The position numbers and the translations under genes were made by a program. DNA of 64,000 nt, taken from NCBI GenBank assembly GCA_002773535.1, contig PFAZ01000007.1:4675-68674 (forward strand), read 5' to 3'. A model generated the notes under the pieces. The model was not told the DNA's origin and made no database searches. It saw nothing but the letters and a program-made list of their open reading frames with translations. Source of the stretch: Candidatus Harrisonbacteria bacterium CG10_big_fil_rev_8_21_14_0_10_40_38 (GTDB taxonomy: Bacteria > Patescibacteriota > Minisyncoccia > UBA6257 > 1-14-0-10-40-38). This document shows, one piece after another, positions 1 to 8,907 of the stretch. Each line of letters starts with the position of its first letter. The first letter of the stretch is position 1.

Positions 1-792
1 GACTCACAAAAAATCAAAACAAAGGAGCTTATTATAAGCTACGCAAATGCAGTAAATTCTTTAAACGGTAAATTCACCACCGGTGAAGACGTTGGTATCA
101 GCGAAGATGATGTTCAGCTCATGTTTAAGCACTCATCTTTTTTTATTGGCAAAAAAGGCGTTGCAGGTGACCCATCTCCTTATGCAGCGCTAAGCACATT
201 TTATTGCATACAAACTGCCCTAAGTGAAAGATTTGGAAGTGATTCACTAAAAGACAAAACAGTATCCGTAAAAGGCGTCGGTAAAGTTGGCGCAGAACTT
301 GTGCGTCTTCTTATAGAATCCGGCGCAAATATTATTGTGGCAGACATAAACAATCAGACGATAGATGAGCTAAAACAAAAATTCCCACAAATCAAAGTTG
401 CAGACGCAAACACAATCCACAAAGAAAAGGCAGATGTGTTCGCCCCATGCGCTATGGGTAAAGAGCTTACAAAAACTACTATCGAAGAAATCATTGCCCC
501 AATCATCTGCGGTAGTGCCAACAACCAACTCGAATCAGATGAAATAGGGGACGCGCTTTATGCAAAAAAAATTATGTATATTCCGGACTACGTCGCAAAT
601 GCAGGGGGTCTTATTGATGTCATAGATGAAAGAGAAGAAGGCGGTTATTCAAAAGAAAGAGTATTGTCTCGCATAGCAAACCTTAAAAATACCCTAAGTG
701 AGATATTCCAAAGAGCCAGAAAAGAAAATATTCCATTTCACCGCGTCGCGAATAAATTGGCTGAAGAGCGGTTTATGAATGCCAGAAAATAA
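1..792 (+). CDS. Glu/Leu/Phe/Val dehydrogenase (leucine dehydrogenase-like), 5'-truncated by window
   Basis: Frame is open from base 1 (…FTTGEDVG…); GDPSPYAA, GVGKVG Rossmann motif, APCAMG, GSANNQL and PDYVANAGG motifs. Confidence 0.9.
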   Translation, partial: DSQKIKTKELIISYANAVNSLNGKFTTGEDVGISEDDVQLMFKHSSFFIGKKGVAGDPSPYAALSTFYCIQTALSERFGSDSLKDKTVSVKGVGKVGAELVRLLIESGANIIVADINNQTIDELKQKFPQIKVADANTIHKEKADVFAPCAMGKELTKTTIEEIIAPIICGSANNQLESDEIGDALYAKKIMYIPDYVANAGGLIDVIDEREEGGYSKERVLSRIANLKNTLSEIFQRARKENIPFHRVANKLAEERFMNARK

Positions 793-794
793 AT

Positions 795-2312
795 ATGAAT
801 TTCAATCAAGACGACAAAAAAGCCGGTGAAATAACAAAGCTTATACATAGCAAGAAAAGCGCCTACTGGGAAAAAAGGCGTGAAACAAACGCGCTCGCTC
901 TTTTCAAAAAAGCTTCAAAAGAAGTTCCCGCCTATAAAGATTTTCTAAAAAAGAACAAGATAAAAACAGAAAAAATCAAATCATTTAAAGATTTTAATCT
1001 CATACCAACATTCAGCAAAAAAACCTATCTAAAGGATTATCCTCTAGAAAAAGTTGCATGGGACGGAAATTTAAATAAACCCCTCATCTATACGTCGACA
1101 TCGGGATCAACCGGAGAGCCTTTTTATTTTCCAAGAGAAAACAAACTAGATTGGGAATATTCCGTAATGATCGATTGGTTTCTAAAGAACAGTTCATATA
1201 AATCAAACGGACCGGTTTTAGTAATCATAGGTTTTGGCATGGGTGTGTGGATCGGTGGGCTTATCACATACAAAGCATTTGAAATTTCCGCCCAAAGAAG
1301 CAAGATTCCGATTTCGATAATCACCCCGGGAATAAACAAGGGGGAAATATTTAAAGCTTTCCGAAACCTATCACCTCACTACAAGGAGACTATTCTTGTA
1401 ATGTATCCTCCTCTCATGAAAGACGTGCTGGATGAAGCGGCAACACAAGGAATAAATCTCAAAAAATTAAACATCAGGCTTCTGACCGCAGCCGAGACAT
1501 ATACGGAAAAATTCAGAGATTATATAGCAAGAAAAACAGGAATCAAAAATGTCTATCGCGACACGTTAAATATTTATGGCACGGCAGATATTGGCGCCAT
1601 GGCTTGGGAAACGCCGACTTCTATTCTTGTACGCCGCCTAGCCATGCATTCAAACAAACTTTTCAAAGATATTTTCGGCCCAATTGAAAAAACGCCCACT
1701 CTCGCCCAATATAATCCGGAGTTCATAACTTTCGAATCTGTAAACGGAGAAATTGTATTAACTGGAAATAATACAATTCCTCTTATAAGATACGCTGTTG
1801 GCGATCACGGAGGGGTACTTTCATTTAATGAAATAAAAACAAAAATAGAATCACACGGCTTCGACTTTAAAGAAGAAGCGAAAAAAGCCGGCATAGAAGA
1901 TGCGATAACGGAGCTTCCATTTGTATATGTTTATGAAAGAAACGATTTTTCAACCACTCTCTATGGCGCGCAGATTTACCCTGAAATTATCAGAGAAACT
2001 CTTCTTGCAAAACCGATAACAAAATTTCTAACAGGAAAATTTACCCTACTTACAAAATACGACAAAAAACAAAACCAATATCTTGAAATAAATCTCGAGA
2101 CAAAAAAGAATAAAAAAATATCATCCGTTTTTAAGAAAAATGTTTTGATGAGAATTGTAACAGACTTAAGGGCAAAAAATTCAGAATTCAGAGAGCTTAC
2201 AAATCATTTTCATAAGAGAATATACCCAAAACTTGTTTTCTGGTGCTACGAACATCCGCTATACTTCAAACCAGGCATCAAACAAAAATGGGTCAAAAAA
2301 GGAGGAGATTAA
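795..2312 (+). CDS. Phenylacetate-CoA ligase (PaaK)-family adenylate-forming enzyme
   Basis: TSTSGSTGEP P-loop, YGTAD and LIRYAVGD motifs; 505 aa. Confidence 0.85.
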   Translation: MNFNQDDKKAGEITKLIHSKKSAYWEKRRETNALALFKKASKEVPAYKDFLKKNKIKTEKIKSFKDFNLIPTFSKKTYLKDYPLEKVAWDGNLNKPLIYTSTSGSTGEPFYFPRENKLDWEYSVMIDWFLKNSSYKSNGPVLVIIGFGMGVWIGGLITYKAFEISAQRSKIPISIITPGINKGEIFKAFRNLSPHYKETILVMYPPLMKDVLDEAATQGINLKKLNIRLLTAAETYTEKFRDYIARKTGIKNVYRDTLNIYGTADIGAMAWETPTSILVRRLAMHSNKLFKDIFGPIEKTPTLAQYNPEFITFESVNGEIVLTGNNTIPLIRYAVGDHGGVLSFNEIKTKIESHGFDFKEEAKKAGIEDAITELPFVYVYERNDFSTTLYGAQIYPEIIRETLLAKPITKFLTGKFTLLTKYDKKQNQYLEINLETKKNKKISSVFKKNVLMRIVTDLRAKNSEFRELTNHFHKRIYPKLVFWCYEHPLYFKPGIKQKWVKKGGD

Positions 2313-2329
2313 GAATATCTACCAAAAAT

Positions 2330-3457
2330 ATGGAAAATATAAAAACCGTTTGGCAACCAGTTAAAGTCAGTAAAAAAGATATAGATAAACTAAAAGAAGA
2401 ACATCCAGAACTTCTAGTTATAGACGAAACAAAAAGAAATCTTGAAGAATTATTTCTATTACGTAACCCAAAATATAAATTCGACAAAAATTATCACGAA
2501 GAATTCGAATCTTTTTATAAAGAATACAACTCAGAAAGTTTTGGAGAATGGTTCCATTTTTCATGGATAAATAGTGTTGTCCGCTTCTTTCCTGAGGACT
2601 TACACCAGGAATTACGTACAGGCAGAAATAAATACCTAATTTCAAAGGATGAGCAAGACAAGTTTTATAACTCCACTGTTGCCTTTTGTGGTATGAGCGT
2701 GGGAAGTCATATCGCGATAGTTACAGCTATGACCGGAGGCGCAAAACATATGAAACTCGCAGATCCAGATGCTCTTTCTGGTGACAATTTAAATCGTGTG
2801 AGGTTGGGCTTTCAAAACGTTGGTATTAACAAAACAATTCTTGTTGCAAGACAAGTATATGAAATAAATCCATATGCAGAAATTGAAATATATACAGACG
2901 GCATAACAGAAGAAAATGCCAATCAGATATTAGAAGACGTAGATATTATCGTAGAAGAAATGGACAGTATGTACTGGAAATTAAAAACCAGAGAACTTGC
3001 GCGTGCTAGAGGAATTTCGGTCATTATGGGTACAGACAACGGAGACGGTGCAATCGTCGACATAGAAAGATATGACATAAACCCAGACCTCCCTATATTA
3101 AATGGACTAGCCAAGGGTTTAAGTGCTGAAAGGTTAAAAAATATGCCAGCAAAAGATTTGCCAAAGGTTGCGGGTAAAATTGCAGGCGCCAACCTAGTTG
3201 TTCCCAAAATGCTTTATTCCGTATCTGAGGTGGGGAAGTCTCTATATTCGTGGCCTCAACTCGGTAGTGCTGCAAACATGTGCGGTTCATTAGGCGCAAT
3301 GCTTATAAGGAGGATCGTAAATAAAGACAAGAATATTAAATCTAAAAGGTATTCAGTAAATCCCGACGCAATTTTTGAATCGGACTACAAACGCAAATGG
3401 TTTTCTCGCAAAATCGAATTTATCAAATTTATCCGCAAAATGATGAAACAGGAATAA
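2330..3457 (+). CDS. ThiF-family adenylyltransferase (Rv1355c/MoeW-TyzB/OxzB-like)
   Basis: RTGRN, CGMSVGS, DPDALSGDNLNR and SWPQL motifs; no zinc CxxC; start moved to ATG 2330 to avoid overlap. Confidence 0.8.
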   Translation: MENIKTVWQPVKVSKKDIDKLKEEHPELLVIDETKRNLEELFLLRNPKYKFDKNYHEEFESFYKEYNSESFGEWFHFSWINSVVRFFPEDLHQELRTGRNKYLISKDEQDKFYNSTVAFCGMSVGSHIAIVTAMTGGAKHMKLADPDALSGDNLNRVRLGFQNVGINKTILVARQVYEINPYAEIEIYTDGITEENANQILEDVDIIVEEMDSMYWKLKTRELARARGISVIMGTDNGDGAIVDIERYDINPDLPILNGLAKGLSAERLKNMPAKDLPKVAGKIAGANLVVPKMLYSVSEVGKSLYSWPQLGSAANMCGSLGAMLIRRIVNKDKNIKSKRYSVNPDAIFESDYKRKWFSRKIEFIKFIRKMMKQE

Positions 3458-3503
3458 ATTTTATTGAAGCGGTATAACTTCAAAAATGCTATAATAACTC
3501 AAT

Positions 3504-4571
3504 ATGGAGAATATTCGAGTGAATGTAGAAGAAATTCTAAGAAATTCAATAAATGCACCATCTGGCAGCAACTCTCAGCCATGGAAATTTTTAGTAAAAG
3601 GAAGCGAAATTTACATACTCGCTTTTCCAGAAAATGATCATCCAATATTAAATTATAGATCACGGGGAACGTGGATAGCTCATGGCGCACTTATCGAAAA
3701 CATCATTATCGCTGCATCAAAATATGCTTATAAAGCAACCCCAATGATTTTTCCATATGATCCCAAAACGCATATAATTGCAAAAATTAAACTCGAAAAA
3801 TCAGAAGATATAGCAGTAAATCCGTTATTTGAAATACTTTCGAAGAGAACAACAAATAGAAAAATTTATAAAAAAGAAAAATTAAATGAAGACCAAAAAA
3901 ATGCCATCATTGGTACAATAGGGGGAAATAATAATATTGTATTCAAGCTAATAGAAGATCGGGAAAAAATTAACAAGATTGGCAATGCAGTTAGTGCGAA
4001 CGAAATCGTAACTCTCGAAAATAAGAAACTTCATAAATTATTTTTTAATGAAGTAATTTGGACCGAAAAAGAAAACAAAAAAAATCCAAAAGGTATTTTT
4101 TTGAAAACAATGGAATTTAAACCACCGCAAAAACTCGTTTTTAAATTACTTAGAAATTGGAATGTTATGAAAATTGCAAATAAAATAAAATTTGCCCGTA
4201 TAATTGCAAAAGGAAACGGTAAAGGATATGCATCTTGTGCAGCAATGGGAGTGATTGCGGTTGATAATAATGATAATGATTTTATTGAAGCAGGAAGAAT
4301 TTTAGAGAGAATGTGGTTAGAGGCAACAAAAATGAATTTAAGTTTTCATTTAATAACAGGTATATTTTTCTATTGGCAAGCAATAAAATTAGGCAATTCA
4401 AACATTTTAAATAAAGAACATCAAGAAATTATTGAAAATGCATATAAAGAAACAGAAGAGTCAAGTGGTATAAACGATAAAATTATAACCATAGTCTGCA
4501 GAATAGGAAAAGATGGAGAGCCGACAGGGATATCTACTAAACTCCCTCCAGACATAGAATATATCAGTTAA
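3504..4571 (+). CDS. Nitroreductase-fold FMN oxidoreductase (Acg/TyzC-like)
   Basis: APSGSNSQPW, KRTTNR and EAGRILERMWLEAT motifs. Confidence 0.8.
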   Translation: MENIRVNVEEILRNSINAPSGSNSQPWKFLVKGSEIYILAFPENDHPILNYRSRGTWIAHGALIENIIIAASKYAYKATPMIFPYDPKTHIIAKIKLEKSEDIAVNPLFEILSKRTTNRKIYKKEKLNEDQKNAIIGTIGGNNNIVFKLIEDREKINKIGNAVSANEIVTLENKKLHKLFFNEVIWTEKENKKNPKGIFLKTMEFKPPQKLVFKLLRNWNVMKIANKIKFARIIAKGNGKGYASCAAMGVIAVDNNDNDFIEAGRILERMWLEATKMNLSFHLITGIFFYWQAIKLGNSNILNKEHQEIIENAYKETEESSGINDKIITIVCRIGKDGEPTGISTKLPPDIEYIS

Positions 4572-4583
4572 AATAAAAAAGTA

Positions 4584-6257
4584 ATGCAAGTAGTAAGAAA
4601 TTTGGATTTATTTTCGGTTGGGGTGGCAATAGCAGCAATTGCAATACTCGGTTTTGTTGCCTTCCTTAACAACAAAAAAAGCATAACAAATAAAACATTC
4701 TTTGCTTTTTCCATGGTTGCCGTCCTATGGAATGTAGCAAATTATCTTATTTTTCAGTTTGACTCTCCGGAAATAGCTTTATGGATTTTAAGATCAGTGA
4801 TATTTTTTGCGACATGGTATTGCTTTTTTATATTTCAATTATTTTTTGTTGCACCAGAAGAACAATACCAATTTCCCAAAATATACAAATTTGGTCTCAT
4901 ACCTATTGTCATAGCCGTTTCACTTTTAACACTCACCCCGTATGTCTTCAAAGAAGTCACAGCATTTGATGCGGGTAAGATTTCTAGTGTAGAAAATGGA
5001 CCTGGAATATTCATTTTTGGTGCTTTAGTAATAAGTCTTTTAGTGGGTGGAACTTCAATACTAATACACAAGATGAGAAATTCAGAAGGAATCGTAAAAA
5101 CTCATCTAAAATATATATATAGAGGAGCAATCGCAACATTTCTACTATATATTGTATTCAACTTCATATTGCCGGCTTTCTTTAATAATCCGTCAGCTAT
5201 ACCACTTGGAGCACTTTTCACATTCCCAATTGTAATGATGACAACATATGCAATTTTTAAACATCATTTGTTTAATGTAAAAATAATTGCAACTGAGTCA
5301 TTGGCGTTTTTTCTAGCTATTGTAACATTGTATGAAACAGTTTTTGCGGAAAACTTAACAATAATTATTCTCCGATCAGGAGTTTTCTTGCTTGTTTTAG
5401 CATTCAGTATTCTTTTAATTAGGAGTGTTCGACGAGAAGTCGAGCAACGTGAAAAACTTGAAGTGTTAACCCAACAACTCGAGACCACAAACGTAAAACT
5501 CCAAAAACTCGACCAGCTCAAGTCAGCTTTCTTAAGTTTTGCCGCTCATCAAGCAAAGGGTCCAATAAACAACGTAAAAGGTTACGCAAGCCTCATCGAA
5601 GACGGTTCCTTTGGGGAGGTGCCTCAGGAAGTTAAAGAAAAAGCTCTACGAATAAAAACGATTGCAGATGATACATTAATTCTTCTCGGAAATCTCCTCG
5701 ACATGAGAAAAATAGAAGAGGGTACCTTCTTTAAGGAATTTAAATATGAAGAAGTAAACATTGTAGATTTCGTACAAAAACTAATAGAAGAGTACAAAGT
5801 TGGCATGACACTTCGTGGAAAGCCCGATCTCGAACTTTCGTTTGAATCATCCGCTCCAGAAATTAAAATAAAAATAGATCAGCTTAAAATCAGGCAGGTT
5901 GTGCAAAATCTTCTCGATAATGCAATCAAATACACGGATAAAGGGTTTGTGAAAGTGTCCGTAGCTGATGAACAATCGGCAAATCCAATGCAAAAAAACA
6001 CAAATCAATCACCAGTGGCTAATGGCTATGTGCTAATTACTATTCAAGACTCTGGCCGTGGTATATCAAAAGACCTTCAGGAAAAACTTTTCCACGAATT
6101 CGTTCGCGATGAAAAAACATCAAAAGAAATTCAAGGCACTGGCCTTGGTTTGTATCTTGCCAAGCAAATCGTTGACGCACACAAAGGCCAAATAACCGCC
6201 GCCTCAGAAGGCGAAGGCAAAGGAAGTACGTTTACGGTAAAGTTGGGGAAGATATAA
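4584..6257 (+). CDS. Sensor histidine kinase with multi-TM (HisKA_7TM-like) N-terminus
   Basis: About 280 aa hydrophobic N-terminus; H-box AAHQAKGP, N-box NLLDNAIKYT, DSGRGI and GTGLGL. Confidence 0.9.
   Translation: MQVVRNLDLFSVGVAIAAIAILGFVAFLNNKKSITNKTFFAFSMVAVLWNVANYLIFQFDSPEIALWILRSVIFFATWYCFFIFQLFFVAPEEQYQFPKIYKFGLIPIVIAVSLLTLTPYVFKEVTAFDAGKISSVENGPGIFIFGALVISLLVGGTSILIHKMRNSEGIVKTHLKYIYRGAIATFLLYIVFNFILPAFFNNPSAIPLGALFTFPIVMMTTYAIFKHHLFNVKIIATESLAFFLAIVTLYETVFAENLTIIILRSGVFLLVLAFSILLIRSVRREVEQREKLEVLTQQLETTNVKLQKLDQLKSAFLSFAAHQAKGPINNVKGYASLIEDGSFGEVPQEVKEKALRIKTIADDTLILLGNLLDMRKIEEGTFFKEFKYEEVNIVDFVQKLIEEYKVGMTLRGKPDLELSFESSAPEIKIKIDQLKIRQVVQNLLDNAIKYTDKGFVKVSVADEQSANPMQKNTNQSPVANGYVLITIQDSGRGISKDLQEKLFHEFVRDEKTSKEIQGTGLGLYLAKQIVDAHKGQITAASEGEGKGSTFTVKLGKI
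6161..6240 (+). repeat. 80-bp direct repeat, copy 1 (kinase 3' end)
   Basis: 74/80 identical to 7453-7532 by manual alignment. Confidence 0.95.
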
Positions 6258-6269
6258 AATTATTATTTA

Positions 6270-6297
6270 TTGACAGTGACGTACAAACGATTATAGT
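6270..6297 (+). promoter_or_regulatory. sigma70-type promoter for the 6363 ORF
   Basis: TTGACA-N16-TATAGT; GGAGGT SD at 6351-6356. Confidence 0.6.
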
Positions 6298-6362
6298 AAT
6301 GAAGATTGAGTAGTATGGTTCTACTCTATCAAGAACATTGAAAACCCCTAGGAGGTAATACG

Positions 6363-6785
6363 ATGAGAAATACTAACATTACCCTCGCTCCGATTCCGCA
6401 ACTAGTTGTAGAACGATTGGCTAGCAATAGTGGCCTTCAGCCAGAAGACGCAGAAAGGCAAATGATTGAACTCGCCAAATTTCTTTCTGTCTGTGCAGAA
6501 TATCCCGGCGAGAATGCTCCATCTCGAGTAATTGACGATCTCTGGCATGTTTTTGTCTTATTCACCCGAGAATATCAAAGGTACTGCCAAGAAAACTTTG
6601 GTAAATTCATTCACCATACACCTACGGGATATGCTATGAACAATACTTATCAAAAAACACGTGCTCGTGCTCAAGAGATGTTTGGAGAACTTGATCAGGA
6701 CTTATGGCCGGAGAATGCAGGTGGGGCTGCAATCTGTAATGACTGTTGTGACGATAATCCCGGTGGCGAACATCCCCAAGGATGA
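6363..6785 (+). CDS. Glycine-rich-domain-protein (GRDP)-like protein
   Basis: PSRVIDDLWHVFVLFTREYQRYC…FIHHTP motif; Cys-rich tail CNDCC. Confidence 0.65.
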   Translation: MRNTNITLAPIPQLVVERLASNSGLQPEDAERQMIELAKFLSVCAEYPGENAPSRVIDDLWHVFVLFTREYQRYCQENFGKFIHHTPTGYAMNNTYQKTRARAQEMFGELDQDLWPENAGGAAICNDCCDDNPGGEHPQG

Positions 6786-6843
6786 CAAATAATGCAAAAG
6801 CATCAGTAGTTAATCAATTCCCAAGAGGCATAGAAAAATAATT

Positions 6844-7419
6844 CTATGTCTCTTTTTTTACTAAAAAATATTCAGCTACAACGGATAAAGGATTTTCCTT
6901 TGTAGGTTTGTAATATAAATCTATTCCTTTAATTATAAAATATTTAACAAGAATTTCTTCCAACTCATTCTGCTGAACAACTAAAAATGGCTTTTCAGCA
7001 TGCTTTATAATGACCTGTAATATAAACACACCATTCAGTTTAGAGGCTATAGTTGCTAAGTATTTTTCCTTATCCTCTATAAAAACCAAAGTTTTAGAAT
7101 CTATTATTAAATCATAGGCCCTATTTTTAAAGGAATATGTCGCCAACTCTTCAAGATCCCAAACATTAAAAAAAAGACCTGGTAAAGATGGTTGTTTAGA
7201 CGCTATTTTTATAGCTTCCTCGGAAAAATCTATTCCTTCTACCATAAATCCGTGTTGTGCTAACCACCGAGCAACCTCTCCTGTGCCGCAACCTAAATCC
7301 AGCGCAGAACCATTAAAAACACCTGACTTTTCTAGCCAGTTAGACAGGTTAATTTCCCGTCGACGCCACGGATTTTTCCCATCGCGATATGACTTATTCC
7401 ATTTTTCTTTAGATGCCAT
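6844..7419 (-). CDS. Class I SAM-dependent methyltransferase
   Basis: ALDLGCGTG motif I and GIDFS. Confidence 0.85.
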   Translation of the reverse strand: MASKEKWNKSYRDGKNPWRRREINLSNWLEKSGVFNGSALDLGCGTGEVARWLAQHGFMVEGIDFSEEAIKIASKQPSLPGLFFNVWDLEELATYSFKNRAYDLIIDSKTLVFIEDKEKYLATIASKLNGVFILQVIIKHAEKPFLVVQQNELEEILVKYFIIKGIDLYYKPTKENPLSVVAEYFLVKKET

Positions 7420-7452
7420 CGAAAAATCTTAGCACTTAAATAAACTTTCTAT

Positions 7453-7549
7453 CAAGCAAATCGTTGACGCCCACAAAGGCCAAATAACTGCCGCCTCAGA
7501 AGGCGAAGGTAAAGGATCTACGTTCACGGTAACACTGTCAAAGATGTAG
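7453..7549 (+). repeat. Direct repeat copy 2: orphaned alternative 3' end of the histidine kinase (…GSTFTVTLSKM*)
   Basis: Encodes the same peptide KQIVDAHKGQITAASEGEGKGSTFTV, then a different tail with stop at 7547-7549. Confidence 0.9.
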
Positions 7550-7597
7550 TCCAAAAAAACAATTGACACTAACCAACCCAAGTCTATACTAATCAAT

Positions 7598-7906
7598 ATG
7601 GAAATTAATGAGCAAAAAATAAGAAATATCCTCATAGAACAGCGAGAAGAATATCAACGTTTTTTGTCTGTTGTTTCTGAAAATTTTGAATCACAAGTTA
7701 AAATTATCGCTGAAACGCTAAGCAGTACCCAACAACAGTTAGTAAGCATCAGAGATATGGTTGCAAAAAATACTGAAGATATTGAAATAATCAAAATGGA
7801 ATCACAGATTATAAGAAACGATCTCAAAGAAAAAATCAGTCGCGATGAATTTAAAATTCTAGAAACTCGAATTTCTAAGTTAGAAAAATCAATTCATCAA
7901 AAATAA
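7598..7906 (+). CDS. Hypothetical coiled-coil protein
   Basis: 102 aa ORF with heptad pattern; TTGACA at 7563 upstream. Confidence 0.7.
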   Translation: MEINEQKIRNILIEQREEYQRFLSVVSENFESQVKIIAETLSSTQQQLVSIRDMVAKNTEDIEIIKMESQIIRNDLKEKISRDEFKILETRISKLEKSIHQK

Positions 7907-7930
7907 CCATTTTTATCCAAATACAAGCAC

Positions 7931-8247
7931 ATGGCAGAATTAACACGTAAAGACATAAAAGAAGTTTTTATCGAATCACTTGAACCTTTCACAAAAGCGG
8001 TTCAGGAAGATTTTAATAAAGTGAATAATCGCCTAGATGGCGTAGAAAACAGGCTAAGCGGCGTAGAAAATCGACTGAGTGTGTTAAATTGACGTAAAAT
8101 GGATCAAAGACAACACAAATGAACTATTTGCAAAACTAGATGAAATTTATATCACTTTATAAAAAACAAGAACAAGAGCTTACAATACTTGCAAAGCAAA
8201 TCAAAGAATTAGAAAAAAGAGTTGCGGAACTAGAATCCCGAAAATAG
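7931..8247 (+). pseudogene. Coiled-coil protein gene broken by two frameshifts
   Basis: MAELTRKD…NRLDGVENRLSGVENRLSVL / IDVKWIKDNTNELFAKLD / FISLYKKQEQEL…ELESRK* read as three consecutive out-of-frame segments. Confidence 0.6.
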
Positions 8248-8327
8248 AAAAACATCGCATAAAAAGCGCTGTTTTTTTATAAACGACTCCAGTTGAATTT
8301 TGTCAAAAAAGGTAGGAAAATAAAAAT

Positions 8328-8906
8328 ATGAAAAAAACTATAACTTACGCAATAGTCATCATCCTTTTAATAGCCGGCGGTTGGATCATTAAAAATGCAA
8401 CCAGTGAAAACAGTGATGTTGCCAAAGATTTCCCATTTGAATCAATTAATTCAATAAATGATTTAGAAAATAGTAAGTTGTATACAAGTAAAATATTTAA
8501 TTTTAGGATTAGCTATCCAGAAAATTGGATCGTATCTTCAAACGAAAATGAAGTGGGTTATAATGTTTCATTTTCTAGTATTGAATTAACAGAGCCCAGA
8601 ATCCCAAATAATGAAGCAAAAATCGAAATTAATATTATTGAAAATAAAAATAAAAATAACATTAATGAATGGGTTGAGAATTTTCACAATGAAGACCCAT
8701 TTTTCCAAGGACAAATAAGTGCATCGAAAGAAATTTTGATTGCTGATAAAAGTGCAAAAATAGAAATAATTAACGGAAATCCAATAAATTATAGTGCTGC
8801 ATATATACCACTCGGCAATGATTATATAATGATCATTACCGGACCAGAAATACAAAGTAAATATGGAGAAACATTTCTAAAAATGTTAAAAAGCTTAACT
8901 CTATAA
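8328..8906 (+). CDS. Membrane-anchored PsbP-like hypothetical protein
   Basis: N-terminal TM helix; YTSKIFNFRISYPENW motif. Confidence 0.55.
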   Translation: MKKTITYAIVIILLIAGGWIIKNATSENSDVAKDFPFESINSINDLENSKLYTSKIFNFRISYPENWIVSSNENEVGYNVSFSSIELTEPRIPNNEAKIEINIIENKNKNNINEWVENFHNEDPFFQGQISASKEILIADKSAKIEIINGNPINYSAAYIPLGNDYIMIITGPEIQSKYGETFLKMLKSLTL

Positions 8907-8907
8907 A

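Noticed and set aside
2243-2329. N-terminal extension of ThiF and GGAGGAG as its SD
   Set aside because: It overlaps the PaaK-like gene; the GGAGGAG encodes that gene's last Gly-Gly and lies ~22 nt from the ATG
6161-7532. Diversity-generating retroelement TR/VR pair
   Set aside because: Differences are synonymous and not adenine-specific on either strand; no reverse transcriptase present
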